Shown here: positions 9,169-18,681 of the stretch, piece by piece
Layout: every line of letters starts with the position of its first letter
Numbering within the stretch: the stretch's first letter is position 1
Source: a virus
Lineage: Duplodnaviria; Caudoviricetes
Strand: one strand, 5' to 3'
Length of the DNA stretch: 64,000 nucleotides
IMG/VR virus record: IMGVR_UViG_3300047382_000771
Coordinates: 96,001 to 160,000 of that record
Translations under genes and position numbers: made by a program
The notes under the pieces: generated by a model
What the model saw: only the letters and a program-made list of their open reading frames with translations
What the model was told of the DNA's origin: nothing
Database searches by the model: none

Positions 9169-12100
9169 TAGGGTACCGCCTCAATTCTAACATAATAACT
9201 CTTACCTTCCTCTATGGATGTATCCCTAAAGTCATAAGAAATTTGTTTAGTTAAATCGTCTCTATTTATGTTTTTATTCCCAAGCTCAAGTGTTTTTATT
9301 AGCTGCTTTGAGTGGAAAACTTGAACACGATATAATCTTGCAGCAGAAACTTCGTTCCAGAATATCCTTAAGCCATATTTTAACCCAAGCTCTTCATCTT
9401 CATCTAGCATTTCGATGTATATATTTTCAGGAGGCGGAGTAAAGTTTGTATTCATAACAATTGGGGATCTTGGGACAGGCAGAGTTGCGTTATCTTCAAT
9501 TGTTCCAAATTTACCAGAGTTATATTCCATAGCTTCTATTTTATATATAGCATCCCCCTCTTCAATTATATTTAAAACTTTATACTGCTTTGTTGTTGCT
9601 AAATTTAATTCATCCTCTATAACAAAAGTAGTACCTTCTATATCATGCAACTTAAGTAAAGCATCGTCAGTTTTCCTCTCAAGTATATAGCTTTTTAATA
9701 TATTTTTGTCATGGGTTACCCAATCCCCATGGTCTTCAAAATCGCTAGATCCACTAACACAAATAAAATTATAACCAGAAGGCAAATCTGGATCCTCTAC
9801 TATAATCTCCATAGATTCACTCACTAAGGGTTTAGGATAACTAGGAGAATCCGTTTCCACCCCTTCTTGAGCTTCTAGACTAGCTATCCTATCTCTCCCA
9901 ATATCAGATTCAGTATTACCAAATTCATCTTCTAGGGGATCTCTAGCTATCGTTAATCCAACTTTTGGGTAACCTACCCCCCAATTATAAAAATCTATTT
10001 CATCATCAGTACAGCCTTGTGGGTTAACCCATACAAATTTTTCAGGAGGAGGAGTCTCTCTGTAATACCCGCCTATCCATGCAAGCTCATTATCATCTTT
10101 TGGCAACACATCCCCAACGAATTGTTGGTCTACTTCGTTAGCAATCGAAGCTACATCGCCACCTCGTAATCTAGCATCCTGCATTGCTGTCACAAATGTA
10201 AACTTGCCAGATATATGCTCGTAAGGATTATTGATAACTTGCACCCTAGTATCGTTATTAGTTATAGAGCCTATAGTGTATTCACCTATTTGCCCAATCC
10301 TAATACTATCTATTTCTTCATCCGTTATCGCATCCCCATAAAGTGATTTTTGATTTAAGGTCTCCAGAGTGTTGTAGCCCGATATGTTGTATAGTTTTAT
10401 TTTCTTGTGAGTCCTATTATCAAATGAGTCAACTATAGTCCTAACTGGAAAATCTATATCTAGGTATGCTACCTTACCATCACCACTTACATCTATATTT
10501 AAAACTTTCCCAGCAAATCTACCTACAGTTTTTTTATTGTCTAATATATCTATCACATCTCCAGGCCTAAGATAAGATCCTGGATGAGCAGTATTAAATG
10601 TGACAATCTCTGTCTCTAAGTTCTTCCCTTGTACTAAAAACTCAGCCGTTCTTTGAGCTTGTGATTTAGATGTAACACCTAATGCGTTTATAGACTCTTC
10701 ATATAAACCGTTCTCTACGATCTTTTCTCTGTTTTCTGCGAACGCAATTTTTGGTCTATACCTATTGTATTGATCTAGGTATTTAACTTTTACAGAATTA
10801 GTTCTACTACTCCTGGGTGTATTTGAATACTGAAAGCCCTCGCTGGACACCATATTATTAGTAAACAACATGATACTATTAGTAGGCACATCCTGATAAA
10901 AGTTTATTTTCCCTCCACCCCAATAAGTGTATGCCCTAAATATGTCAGCTATTTCATTTATTAATTTAAAAGCATTACTAGGCTGGGATAAAACAGCATT
11001 CATTTTATACCTATGCTCTATTACTGGGTAATATATTTCGGCAGCACAAGTACCTTCCATCACATTACCTATACCTCTATCAAGGACAACATAATACCTA
11101 CCTATAGTTTCATCTCCAGTGACAGAGACAATTTTCCTTAATGCTCTTTTTTTATAACCGTTTTCCTCCCAAAATAGAGCTATATTCTTTTGTATATGTT
11201 TAAATTCTTGACCAAATTGTTCTTTAGTTAAAAACTGACCCTCCATTAAAATTCTAGCACTACCAACTGTTTTAAAATTTCTCCTTGGATATGTTGATGA
11301 ATACCCAGTTGGAACAAGTTCGTCACAAAATTTTGCTACTTTGTAAAATGTCCACTTGTCTATAAACTCTTCTTCCATACCGAACTTACCCAATCCATAA
11401 ACATTATTAGATATTAAATCGTATAGACACCATGCTGGATTGTCAGTCCACACAAGTTCATCTGAAAATTGTCCATTCCACGCTTGCCCATAAGTTTTCA
11501 AAACTGGATCGTAATTATTTGGTACTTTTACTTTTTTAAGTTTTAAGTTGTAATTTCTCCTTAACTGCTGTGGGACTTCTTTTGCTGAAACCCTAGTTCC
11601 TATTACTACTGAATTTGGGTAATTAGTTTTTATAGTGGATATTTCAGTTATGTTAGCTAAAGCAACATCATCCTTGTACCTCGCTGCTGACTCACCCTCC
11701 CTTACTACATTTCGCTCTCTAGTTATTTTGAAAGCTTTTATAATTCTAGGTCTACCCAACGGATTAGGAGGTAGATAAATTTTAATATCCTTCATGTACC
11801 CACCTGTGCAGGTTCCGAAGAAAGAAACATCTGTCTCGTATAAAGTTTCTCCTTCATTTCCATAGTGTATTCTAACCTGAACTCTGTTCGGCCAAGTTTC
11901 TCCAGAATTTTCAATTTTAGTTCCTATCTTAAATTCAGAATTTTTTTCAAGAATAATACCAAAAATTAAACCAACAACGCCTCCCCATATAACACTGGTC
12001 AGAAATGCACCCAAGTCAAATGGTTCATCACTTTCAGCCATTAAGTCAGCTGCATAACCTGCCCCAGTAATAGCACCTATAACAGCAAATAAAGTAGCAC

Positions 12101-14573
12101 CAGGAACATATGTAACCTCTACTTCGTCCCCTGGGTATATAAAAAATAATTGATTTATTTGAAATGTAACCAATGCTTCATCTACTAAGGGATTCGTTAT
12201 TATATGTTTTACTGGATATTCTTCTTCTGGTCTTACGTCTCCAATATCTCCTAATGAGTCTAATGAAATAAAAACTGGGTCATCCGATACAGCGGATGTG
12301 TCTTCGTTGTAAAAAACTACCCCAGGATTTTCTATAGTAATTTCTTTCCATAAGTTACTATTCGTTTCGGGATCTGGATCTATGGCTGTAAAAATGGTGG
12401 GAAATTCTTCGGCAACAGTTTCTAAAAACCCTCTTCCGTTTAATTCTATTTTCTCGAAATAAACAACCCCTTGCTGAGCTTGATCACTTAAAGATACTAT
12501 AGTTGAATTTTCATCACTTAAGTCTCCCTCTGGGATAGCTGTTATTGTTTTATAAACAGACGTATTATTAAAGTAAACAACATCATTCACTGCAAAAGGT
12601 TTAGCTGGCCTAAATTGCTTAAACCTTGTTGCTGCTTCTGGGCCAGCCCTAAAATAACCAGAACCTACTAGATCTAAATCCTGATTATTAGGTATACCAT
12701 CACCATCATCGTCATCCATAGGATATTGGCCCATATATTCAGGCTCTTCAAAAACCACGGTATTCGCATCGTAAGCCATATTGTATGTAAAAACTTGAAT
12801 ACCATCCCCAGGATTGTCTGGATCTTCTTTAAATATTCCTCTAGCCTCAAATAACCTTGTTCCCTTTTTAACTATTGGGAGCGGGTCAAATTGTCCAACA
12901 ACATAATTAGACGCAGGACTATACTCAGTATCGGTGGCTCTTAATGTTTTATACCTAACCTCTGTAGTTCCATTAAAAAATGTAACTATTGTGCCCTTGG
13001 GATAAAAAGGTGTAGATTTATTAAAATCTTTAAAATTAGTACCCTGGAACTTAGCCGCATTAACTTCATCTAATATTCTAGGCCCAAAAAGTTTTGCGTT
13101 TATTGGTTTTGTTTCCCCTATAAACTGGTAAGGCTTTTCTAACAAAGATTGATCGTTTGCTCCAATCTCTCCTTTTGTATTCCTAGCTACATCAATATCA
13201 AACTGTAATAGATTATAACTTTCTTGTACAGTTGTTTCGTCTATATATTTCTCTTCTTTTACTGGTAGGTCATTAAGTAAAACAGCCTTAAGGTAACTAT
13301 CCGAACCATCTCCAGGATTACTGTCTTTCGCATCTGTAAAAATTAAATCATTACCATCGTCATCAGAGAATCCTTGAATTGGTCCTTCGCATATTAAATC
13401 TACTATTGTAGCTATCGCTGAAGACTCGAATTTATACCAACCTAAACCATTCCTTTTACTTCCATTCTTGTATCTTCTTCCAACACAAATAACATTTCCT
13501 AGGTTAGAGGATTGAACATTAGTTGGGTCATCTACAAGTTGAGCATTCCTGAAATTTATCGGATAAAATATTCTTTCTGAAGAATCGTTAATTCTTTTGG
13601 GTTCGCTCTGCAGCATAGTGAAAGGAGCTAAATGTAAATCAGCCTCTTTAACTGTAGCTATTCCTTCTTGTGGAGTTGGTCCCCAATCCCCATTGTAACT
13701 ACTATAATTTTGAAGGAAATATTCTGGCACCCCTTTGTTATAAATAGTTTTATAATACAATGTGCCCGCACTTAAAAAACCCTTACCAAGTTTTTGCTTT
13801 TCAATAGCTTCCTCCCCTGTGTATGATACATCTGCTCCGTACATTCCATCATTAGATCCAAAACCTGTAGCAGGGTCCCTAGATTTAAGAGCCTTAAATA
13901 CTATACTTTCTATACCCATTTCTGATGGCCCGTCAGCGATAGAGGAAAAAGCACTAGATAATAGCGGGCCAGGATCTTCTCCTAATTGCTCAATTAATAA
14001 CTGTCTGTATTTATTATATAAAGGTATAAGGTGGTATGCTCCATTTTCTAATTTATATATTTTACCTAAATCAGCATCATATTCATAATTATTAATTGAA
14101 TTTGATACAACCTTAGAGCCCACTTTCATTTTACCGTAACCAAGTGGTACATTACTACCTTGTTCTGTTACATTCTCCACACCCCTATAAATATAAGATT
14201 TGGTTTGAGCTTGTAAAACTCTAGTATCTCTCTCTTTCTTCCCTAGCATTTTATTCTGAATCCATCCGCTAAGGAAACTTGTACCAAAAGACATAGCCAT
14301 TCCCATAACCATTCCAGCACCTTGAGCTACAGGAGATATAATAATATCTTCTTTTGTATTTTTATCTATTTCTTCTTGGCGGAAATACTCATTAGAGTCT
14401 TTCTTCTTAAAAGAGTACCTAACTCCATCCATCTCTTTAGATTGCAGGTATTGTATAAAACCATCAGTATTTGCTTCGATAGCCGATATAGCTTCTAGGG
14501 GAGACCCCACATCTAGTTCCCACTTTTTCCCAAAGCGTTTGCCTAGTTTTCCATATAAGTATACCTTTTTCAT
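9168..14573 (-). CDS. tail tip protein: lambda gpI-like N-terminus fused to gpJ-like host-specificity protein, with inserted lectin/CBM-like domains
   Basis: MKKVYLYGKLGKRFG...SPLEAISAI (gpI-like), VPLGYGKMKVGS, DLICEGPIQG, WTDNPAWCLYDL, GLGKFG...IDKWTFYKVAKFCDE, LRPGDVIDILD (gpJ-like), terminal FN3. Confidence 0.9.
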   Translation of the reverse strand: MKKVYLYGKLGKRFGKKWELDVGSPLEAISAIEANTDGFIQYLQSKEMDGVRYSFKKKDSNEYFRQEEIDKNTKEDIIISPVAQGAGMVMGMAMSFGTSFLSGWIQNKMLGKKERDTRVLQAQTKSYIYRGVENVTEQGSNVPLGYGKMKVGSKVVSNSINNYEYDADLGKIYKLENGAYHLIPLYNKYRQLLIEQLGEDPGPLLSSAFSSIADGPSEMGIESIVFKALKSRDPATGFGSNDGMYGADVSYTGEEAIEKQKLGKGFLSAGTLYYKTIYNKGVPEYFLQNYSSYNGDWGPTPQEGIATVKEADLHLAPFTMLQSEPKRINDSSERIFYPINFRNAQLVDDPTNVQSSNLGNVICVGRRYKNGSKRNGLGWYKFESSAIATIVDLICEGPIQGFSDDDGNDLIFTDAKDSNPGDGSDSYLKAVLLNDLPVKEEKYIDETTVQESYNLLQFDIDVARNTKGEIGANDQSLLEKPYQFIGETKPINAKLFGPRILDEVNAAKFQGTNFKDFNKSTPFYPKGTIVTFFNGTTEVRYKTLRATDTEYSPASNYVVGQFDPLPIVKKGTRLFEARGIFKEDPDNPGDGIQVFTYNMAYDANTVVFEEPEYMGQYPMDDDDGDGIPNNQDLDLVGSGYFRAGPEAATRFKQFRPAKPFAVNDVVYFNNTSVYKTITAIPEGDLSDENSTIVSLSDQAQQGVVYFEKIELNGRGFLETVAEEFPTIFTAIDPDPETNSNLWKEITIENPGVVFYNEDTSAVSDDPVFISLDSLGDIGDVRPEEEYPVKHIITNPLVDEALVTFQINQLFFIYPGDEVEVTYVPGATLFAVIGAITGAGYAADLMAESDEPFDLGAFLTSVIWGGVVGLIFGIILEKNSEFKIGTKIENSGETWPNRVQVRIHYGNEGETLYETDVSFFGTCTGGYMKDIKIYLPPNPLGRPRIIKAFKITRERNVVREGESAARYKDDVALANITEISTIKTNYPNSVVIGTRVSAKEVPQQLRRNYNLKLKKVKVPNNYDPVLKTYGQAWNGQFSDELVWTDNPAWCLYDLISNNVYGLGKFGMEEEFIDKWTFYKVAKFCDELVPTGYSSTYPRRNFKTVGSARILMEGQFLTKEQFGQEFKHIQKNIALFWEENGYKKRALRKIVSVTGDETIGRYYVVLDRGIGNVMEGTCAAEIYYPVIEHRYKMNAVLSQPSNAFKLINEIADIFRAYTYWGGGKINFYQDVPTNSIMLFTNNMVSSEGFQYSNTPRSSRTNSVKVKYLDQYNRYRPKIAFAENREKIVENGLYEESINALGVTSKSQAQRTAEFLVQGKNLETEIVTFNTAHPGSYLRPGDVIDILDNKKTVGRFAGKVLNIDVSGDGKVAYLDIDFPVRTIVDSFDNRTHKKIKLYNISGYNTLETLNQKSLYGDAITDEEIDSIRIGQIGEYTIGSITNNDTRVQVINNPYEHISGKFTFVTAMQDARLRGGDVASIANEVDQQFVGDVLPKDDNELAWIGGYYRETPPPEKFVWVNPQGCTDDEIDFYNWGVGYPKVGLTIARDPLEDEFGNTESDIGRDRIASLEAQEGVETDSPSYPKPLVSESMEIIVEDPDLPSGYNFICVSGSSDFEDHGDWVTHDKNILKSYILERKTDDALLKLHDIEGTTFVIEDELNLATTKQYKVLNIIEEGDAIYKIEAMEYNSGKFGTIEDNATLPVPRSPIVMNTNFTPPPENIYIEMLDEDEELGLKYGLRIFWNEVSAARLYRVQVFHSKQLIKTLELGNKNINRDDLTKQISYDFRDTSIEEGKSYYVRIEAVP

Positions 14574-14593
14574 CCTTTTTCCTAAAATAGGTA

Positions 14594-14599
14594 TTACAC
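14594..14599 (-). promoter_or_regulatory. GTGTAA motif upstream of the I-J gene (putative late promoter element)
   Basis: ttacac on +, 20 nt before ATG 14573. Confidence 0.45.
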
Positions 14600-15328
14600 T
14601 TAAGAATTAGGTCTGTATACTCTAACTATTCTTTTTCTCCATTTATCGTCTAAAAAGTCTTCGCCAGATAAGTGGTGAGCTTTTTGATGATAAAATTCAT
14701 CTACTTCAGAGCAAACACCTACGTGCAATACATCTTCATTAGGGATATGAAATATCAACATGTCATGTTTTCTTATGTCTTCCTTATCTTTAACTTTAGT
14801 AAATCCCTCCTCAAATATTTTAAGCATATATTTGTTAGCTTTTTTACCATCTATAGGGGGAAAATAATTAAAGGATTTATAATCTAATTTAAACCAAGGG
14901 CATCTTTCGGAATAATAATCTCTAGGAATATTAACGCACTCACAAAAGCCCCTAACATAAGGTCTACCAGTTAGACTTGGCGGCTCAAATGAATCAGGTA
15001 TATATAAAAATATTTTTTTAGTTACCAAGCTATATATTAAGAAAGGTATACCCAGTTCTTCTGAATTATTTATATCAACCTGAGATGGATTCTCTGAAGA
15101 TGTAGGATGGGAGTGATATATACCTAAAAGTTTTTTTTGCCCTAAAATTTTTAAAGGAGAAATCTCAAACATTCTCTGTTTATCAAAGCTTTGATTTTTT
15201 TCCCTAGTAACTTTAACTATCAAATTAGAATCTAAAGATATGGTACCGCAAACTTCTTCACTTGGATTTGATTCTGCGTGCTCTATAATTTCTTTATAGT
15301 AATCTTTATTTTGTTTATTCAAAGTCAT
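14600..15328 (-). CDS. tail assembly protein, lambda gpK-like (JAB/MPN + NlpC/P60)
   Basis: EEVCG...GIYHSHPTSSENPSQVD JAMM motif; CECVNIPRDYY and LHVGV NlpC/P60 motifs; position between L and I-J. Confidence 0.88.
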   Translation of the reverse strand: MTLNKQNKDYYKEIIEHAESNPSEEVCGTISLDSNLIVKVTREKNQSFDKQRMFEISPLKILGQKKLLGIYHSHPTSSENPSQVDINNSEELGIPFLIYSLVTKKIFLYIPDSFEPPSLTGRPYVRGFCECVNIPRDYYSERCPWFKLDYKSFNYFPPIDGKKANKYMLKIFEEGFTKVKDKEDIRKHDMLIFHIPNEDVLHVGVCSEVDEFYHQKAHHLSGEDFLDDKWRKRIVRVYRPNS

Positions 15329-16340
15329 AAGGTTCTACTCCTGGAAAACCTCCGAAGGGCAAACCTTCATTGAATTCCGTATATAAATCGTCATCTCCTT
15401 GGTTTGATTGAAATCTTTTACACCCCCCAGCTTCTTTTGCGTCATCTGAATACCTTAACCTGCAGCCACAGATACTTTTGTCACACTGATCTTGAATCCA
15501 GTTTTTTCTATCAAACAAGGGGCTTGATATAACTTCCTTACCAATGCACACATATATAGATATAGGCTGGTTTTCTGATGTGCCTGTTTTTGGTGTTATG
15601 GTTACAACATCTCCCTTATTGTAAGTCCCATATGCAGTCCATTCTGGGTAAGATCCATTTTCATCAGGCTCAGCAAAACCATCAGGAAAATCATCTTTAT
15701 TCAAATGCACAAAAGCCCCCACATCTTCGCCTTCGTATCCAAGTTCCACGAATCTTTGGTTTTTTATGTCAGCTATAGGTTTACCCACATAACCACATCC
15801 GACTGTAGATCTATATTTCCACTCACAGTAATTAGAATATATTGTTCTGGATGGTATAGTTGAATTTTCAAGCTCCAACGGAGATACTAACTCAAACTCC
15901 ACTAAATCATCAGTTTCTCTTAATTTTTGGTTAACAAAATATATCTCTCTAGCAAAAGCCTCCTCTGGGTCTGGTTCAGCATAAGGATTAATATTGTTTG
16001 GGAAGTTCGAATGATCTAAATATTTTAATAAAGTTTTTATCCTAGTAACTCTGTAATTTGTAAAGTCATTAAATATTGGCAGCCTTACCGATATGTTACC
16101 TCTATAATTAGACAAAGTCATGGTCGGCCTAGGTAGTCTTCCATCGCCTTGAAATTCAAACCCCTGAACTTCTATAGGGTAATATAAATATTCCATACCG
16201 TCAAAAACAATTTTACCACGAAACTCATTCTCTCCAGCATGAAAAGTAAACACACCCCTTTCCTTTATATCCAGCTGATATAATACTATAGGCATAGTAG
16301 GGTCTGCCTGAAATAAATCTTTTACTTTTTCTTCTTTCAT
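15315..16340 (-). CDS. minor tail protein, lambda gpL-like
   Basis: YYPIEVQGFEFQGDGRLPRPTMTLSN, VEFELVSPLELE, CEWKYRS..GCGY, QCDKSICGCRLRY, LPFGGFPG with the four-Cys Fe-S pattern. Confidence 0.9.
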   Translation of the reverse strand: MKEEKVKDLFQADPTMPIVLYQLDIKERGVFTFHAGENEFRGKIVFDGMEYLYYPIEVQGFEFQGDGRLPRPTMTLSNYRGNISVRLPIFNDFTNYRVTRIKTLLKYLDHSNFPNNINPYAEPDPEEAFAREIYFVNQKLRETDDLVEFELVSPLELENSTIPSRTIYSNYCEWKYRSTVGCGYVGKPIADIKNQRFVELGYEGEDVGAFVHLNKDDFPDGFAEPDENGSYPEWTAYGTYNKGDVVTITPKTGTSENQPISIYVCIGKEVISSPLFDRKNWIQDQCDKSICGCRLRYSDDAKEAGGCKRFQSNQGDDDLYTEFNEGLPFGGFPGVEPYDFE

Positions 16341-16341
16341 T

Positions 16342-17847
16342 TTAGTATGAACTCGTACTTATGTTACCGCCTGTATTTGTCTGGTTATTAATTTCGCCTA
16401 TTTGAGTTCCCTCTGCAACATCTTCTTCGCTTGCTGAAACTATATTGTTATATAATATGATTTTAGGGTCATAGTTTCCAAGGAAAAATGTTTTATTTTC
16501 AATTAGCCCCTCAGGCATAAAATACATCTTGCCGTTAAACTCAAACTTCCTAAACGCTCCGCTTCCTGATTTTTCCGCGCTAGCTTTAGATAAATACAAC
16601 GGATAGTAACCTTGAACATTTTTAGGCGACTCTATATACGAGCTACCAATATCTACAGCTAGCCTTTTATCACTTTTTACATTTTCCGAAACGATACCCC
16701 TTAAAGGTAAATCATATACTCTACTAAATTCAATTGATTTATTAAGTGCGGTAACAAACGAATATTCACGACCAAGATATCTTTTATTGGCTCCTAATTT
16801 AGTTGCTCCCCCTAAACCTATATGCCATCTCATAGATTGGCCAAGCCTACCCTGCTGCTGTTGATATTCTGACATTATTTTTATGTCATCTGATGCTCCA
16901 TGCCTAGACAATTGATAGGATATAACTTTTTTTAGTTTAATAGGGTCATCCGTACTTAGAGATTGCCCTATGTTTTGTACAGAATCTTTCCACAGAAAAT
17001 CTCTAAGCATGCCATCCCAATGCCTGTTTACGAAATTCTGAATTTCCTTAACATAAACCTCGTCCCTTATTTCTTTAGTATCGAATGTAGAGTCGGCATT
17101 CGAGTCGTCATTTATTCGAAAAATAGAGTTCCATTCTTTAATTAAATTCCTTTCACTATATTCGCCTGTATAGATAGGGTATATTCTCCTCGTCTCTGGT
17201 ATACCTGATATATCTTGGGACAATTCTGTCGTTATATCAGGCTTGATTTGCAAAGAAAATATAGATCCTTTTTCCGATGAAGAATATATATCAAATACAC
17301 AAATGCCTTCTGCATTTTCTTGAACATCTATAAAAGGAATATTAGATTCTCCCGCTTCTAATTCTAACAACTCCATAATGGAAGCTCCACTCCAGCCGCC
17401 AGAAAACATATCACTCAAAACTATAGTGTTCCCTTCAACTATGCCAGACATACCTATATCCTGAGGATCAAAATCTCCAGTTCCAGTAATCAGATAACCT
17501 CCCGACCAATAAGACCCTCCAGGCAACCTTAATTCATTTTCGATTTGTTTAGAACTCGATAGTGAGCTAGACCTCTGTCCAGGTACCCAAGAAAACTGAT
17601 CAGGGTATCCTAGTAAATTGTTTTTGTCTAGATTTAAATCTCTTTCTTCGTTATTAAAAAAAGATATTCTTTTTACTGTGTGAATATAATCAGACTCAGT
17701 TAAATAAGTTATAAAACCAGATCCATTTATTGTTCTCAAAACTAGAGTTGAGACCGAGTCTGGATCCATCGCTATACCTAAACTGACACCATCATTGTAG
17801 GTATTGAAATCCCCGCTATTAAAATTAATTTTTTTCATTATGGCCAA
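16342..17847 (-). CDS. hypothetical virion protein
   Basis: 501-aa ORF in the tail operon, coupled to neighbours; no family recognised. Confidence 0.55.
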   Translation of the reverse strand: MAIMKKINFNSGDFNTYNDGVSLGIAMDPDSVSTLVLRTINGSGFITYLTESDYIHTVKRISFFNNEERDLNLDKNNLLGYPDQFSWVPGQRSSSLSSSKQIENELRLPGGSYWSGGYLITGTGDFDPQDIGMSGIVEGNTIVLSDMFSGGWSGASIMELLELEAGESNIPFIDVQENAEGICVFDIYSSSEKGSIFSLQIKPDITTELSQDISGIPETRRIYPIYTGEYSERNLIKEWNSIFRINDDSNADSTFDTKEIRDEVYVKEIQNFVNRHWDGMLRDFLWKDSVQNIGQSLSTDDPIKLKKVISYQLSRHGASDDIKIMSEYQQQQGRLGQSMRWHIGLGGATKLGANKRYLGREYSFVTALNKSIEFSRVYDLPLRGIVSENVKSDKRLAVDIGSSYIESPKNVQGYYPLYLSKASAEKSGSGAFRKFEFNGKMYFMPEGLIENKTFFLGNYDPKIILYNNIVSASEEDVAEGTQIGEINNQTNTGGNISTSSY

Positions 17848-18680
17848 TTAGGTTCATTGATCGTATCAAGTTTATACATTTGATTAGCTAAAGGTCCAAA
17901 GTAAGCTGTCCTAGGGATTGCTGTTAAACTATTAACAAGATTAGTTCCATTATAATTCCAATTAAGCACTATACCTAAATGAGTAGGAGGTTGTTGTGTA
18001 AATCTAAGCTGAAACGGGTGAAGGCCTTTCTTTAAAAAAACACTTCCTGTAGCACTCCAAGCAAATCCATGATTACTGTAATCATCATCAATAATTAATG
18101 TTCTATTAGTTGGAGCTAGACCACCTTGAAATATATAAAATATCGCCCTATCATCCGATATTGTAGCAAATTTATAGGTGCCATCTACTGGTGCATAAAT
18201 TTGACCATCCCAAACAGCTGCGAAATACTGGGTTAACGAGGTCATTCCAGGAAACCCTTTAGTGTAAGACTGGTTAGGCACATTTATTTGGTGACTACAC
18301 ATATCTGTTTTAAATTTACCGTTATAGTTAGTATCTGTCTTTAGTCCATTAGCTCCAATACCTCCAATTTGGTAAAGCCTTAATGCCATAGGCAATCCAG
18401 GCGACCCACAAGGACCCCCGAACGCAGAGAATACAGCTGATGGGTCAGGAGCTGGAGCGGGCTGAGGCACTTCTTCTACATCTACAACATTGATATTGAA
18501 ATTTTTCTCCAAGCTCAAACCCCTCTCGTCCGTGCAAGACACTCTAATTGAAAAAGAGGGATTATTAAAAGCTTCGTAATCTAAGCTTTGAACAAGTTTA
18601 ACCTTTCCATCTTCGGTGACAGAAACATATTGGTTACCTTCACTCCCTGCCCCAGATACTAATTTAAATTTTCTAGCCAT
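17838..18680 (-). CDS. partial cadherin domain + Pro-rich linker + PA14 domain protein
   Basis: SLDYE...SIRVSCTDERGLSLEKNFNINVVDVEE (cadherin C-terminal strands); FAAVWDGQIYAPVDGTYKFATISDD...LKKGLHPFQLRF (PA14). Confidence 0.75.
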   Translation of the reverse strand: MARKFKLVSGAGSEGNQYVSVTEDGKVKLVQSLDYEAFNNPSFSIRVSCTDERGLSLEKNFNINVVDVEEVPQPAPAPDPSAVFSAFGGPCGSPGLPMALRLYQIGGIGANGLKTDTNYNGKFKTDMCSHQINVPNQSYTKGFPGMTSLTQYFAAVWDGQIYAPVDGTYKFATISDDRAIFYIFQGGLAPTNRTLIIDDDYSNHGFAWSATGSVFLKKGLHPFQLRFTQQPPTHLGIVLNWNYNGTNLVNSLTAIPRTAYFGPLANQMYKLDTINEPNWP

Positions 18681-18681
18681 T

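Noticed and set aside
9678-10219. C-type lectin as a diversity-generating retroelement target
   Set aside because: No reverse transcriptase and no template/variable repeat pair seen in the window; the domain is internal rather than C-terminal
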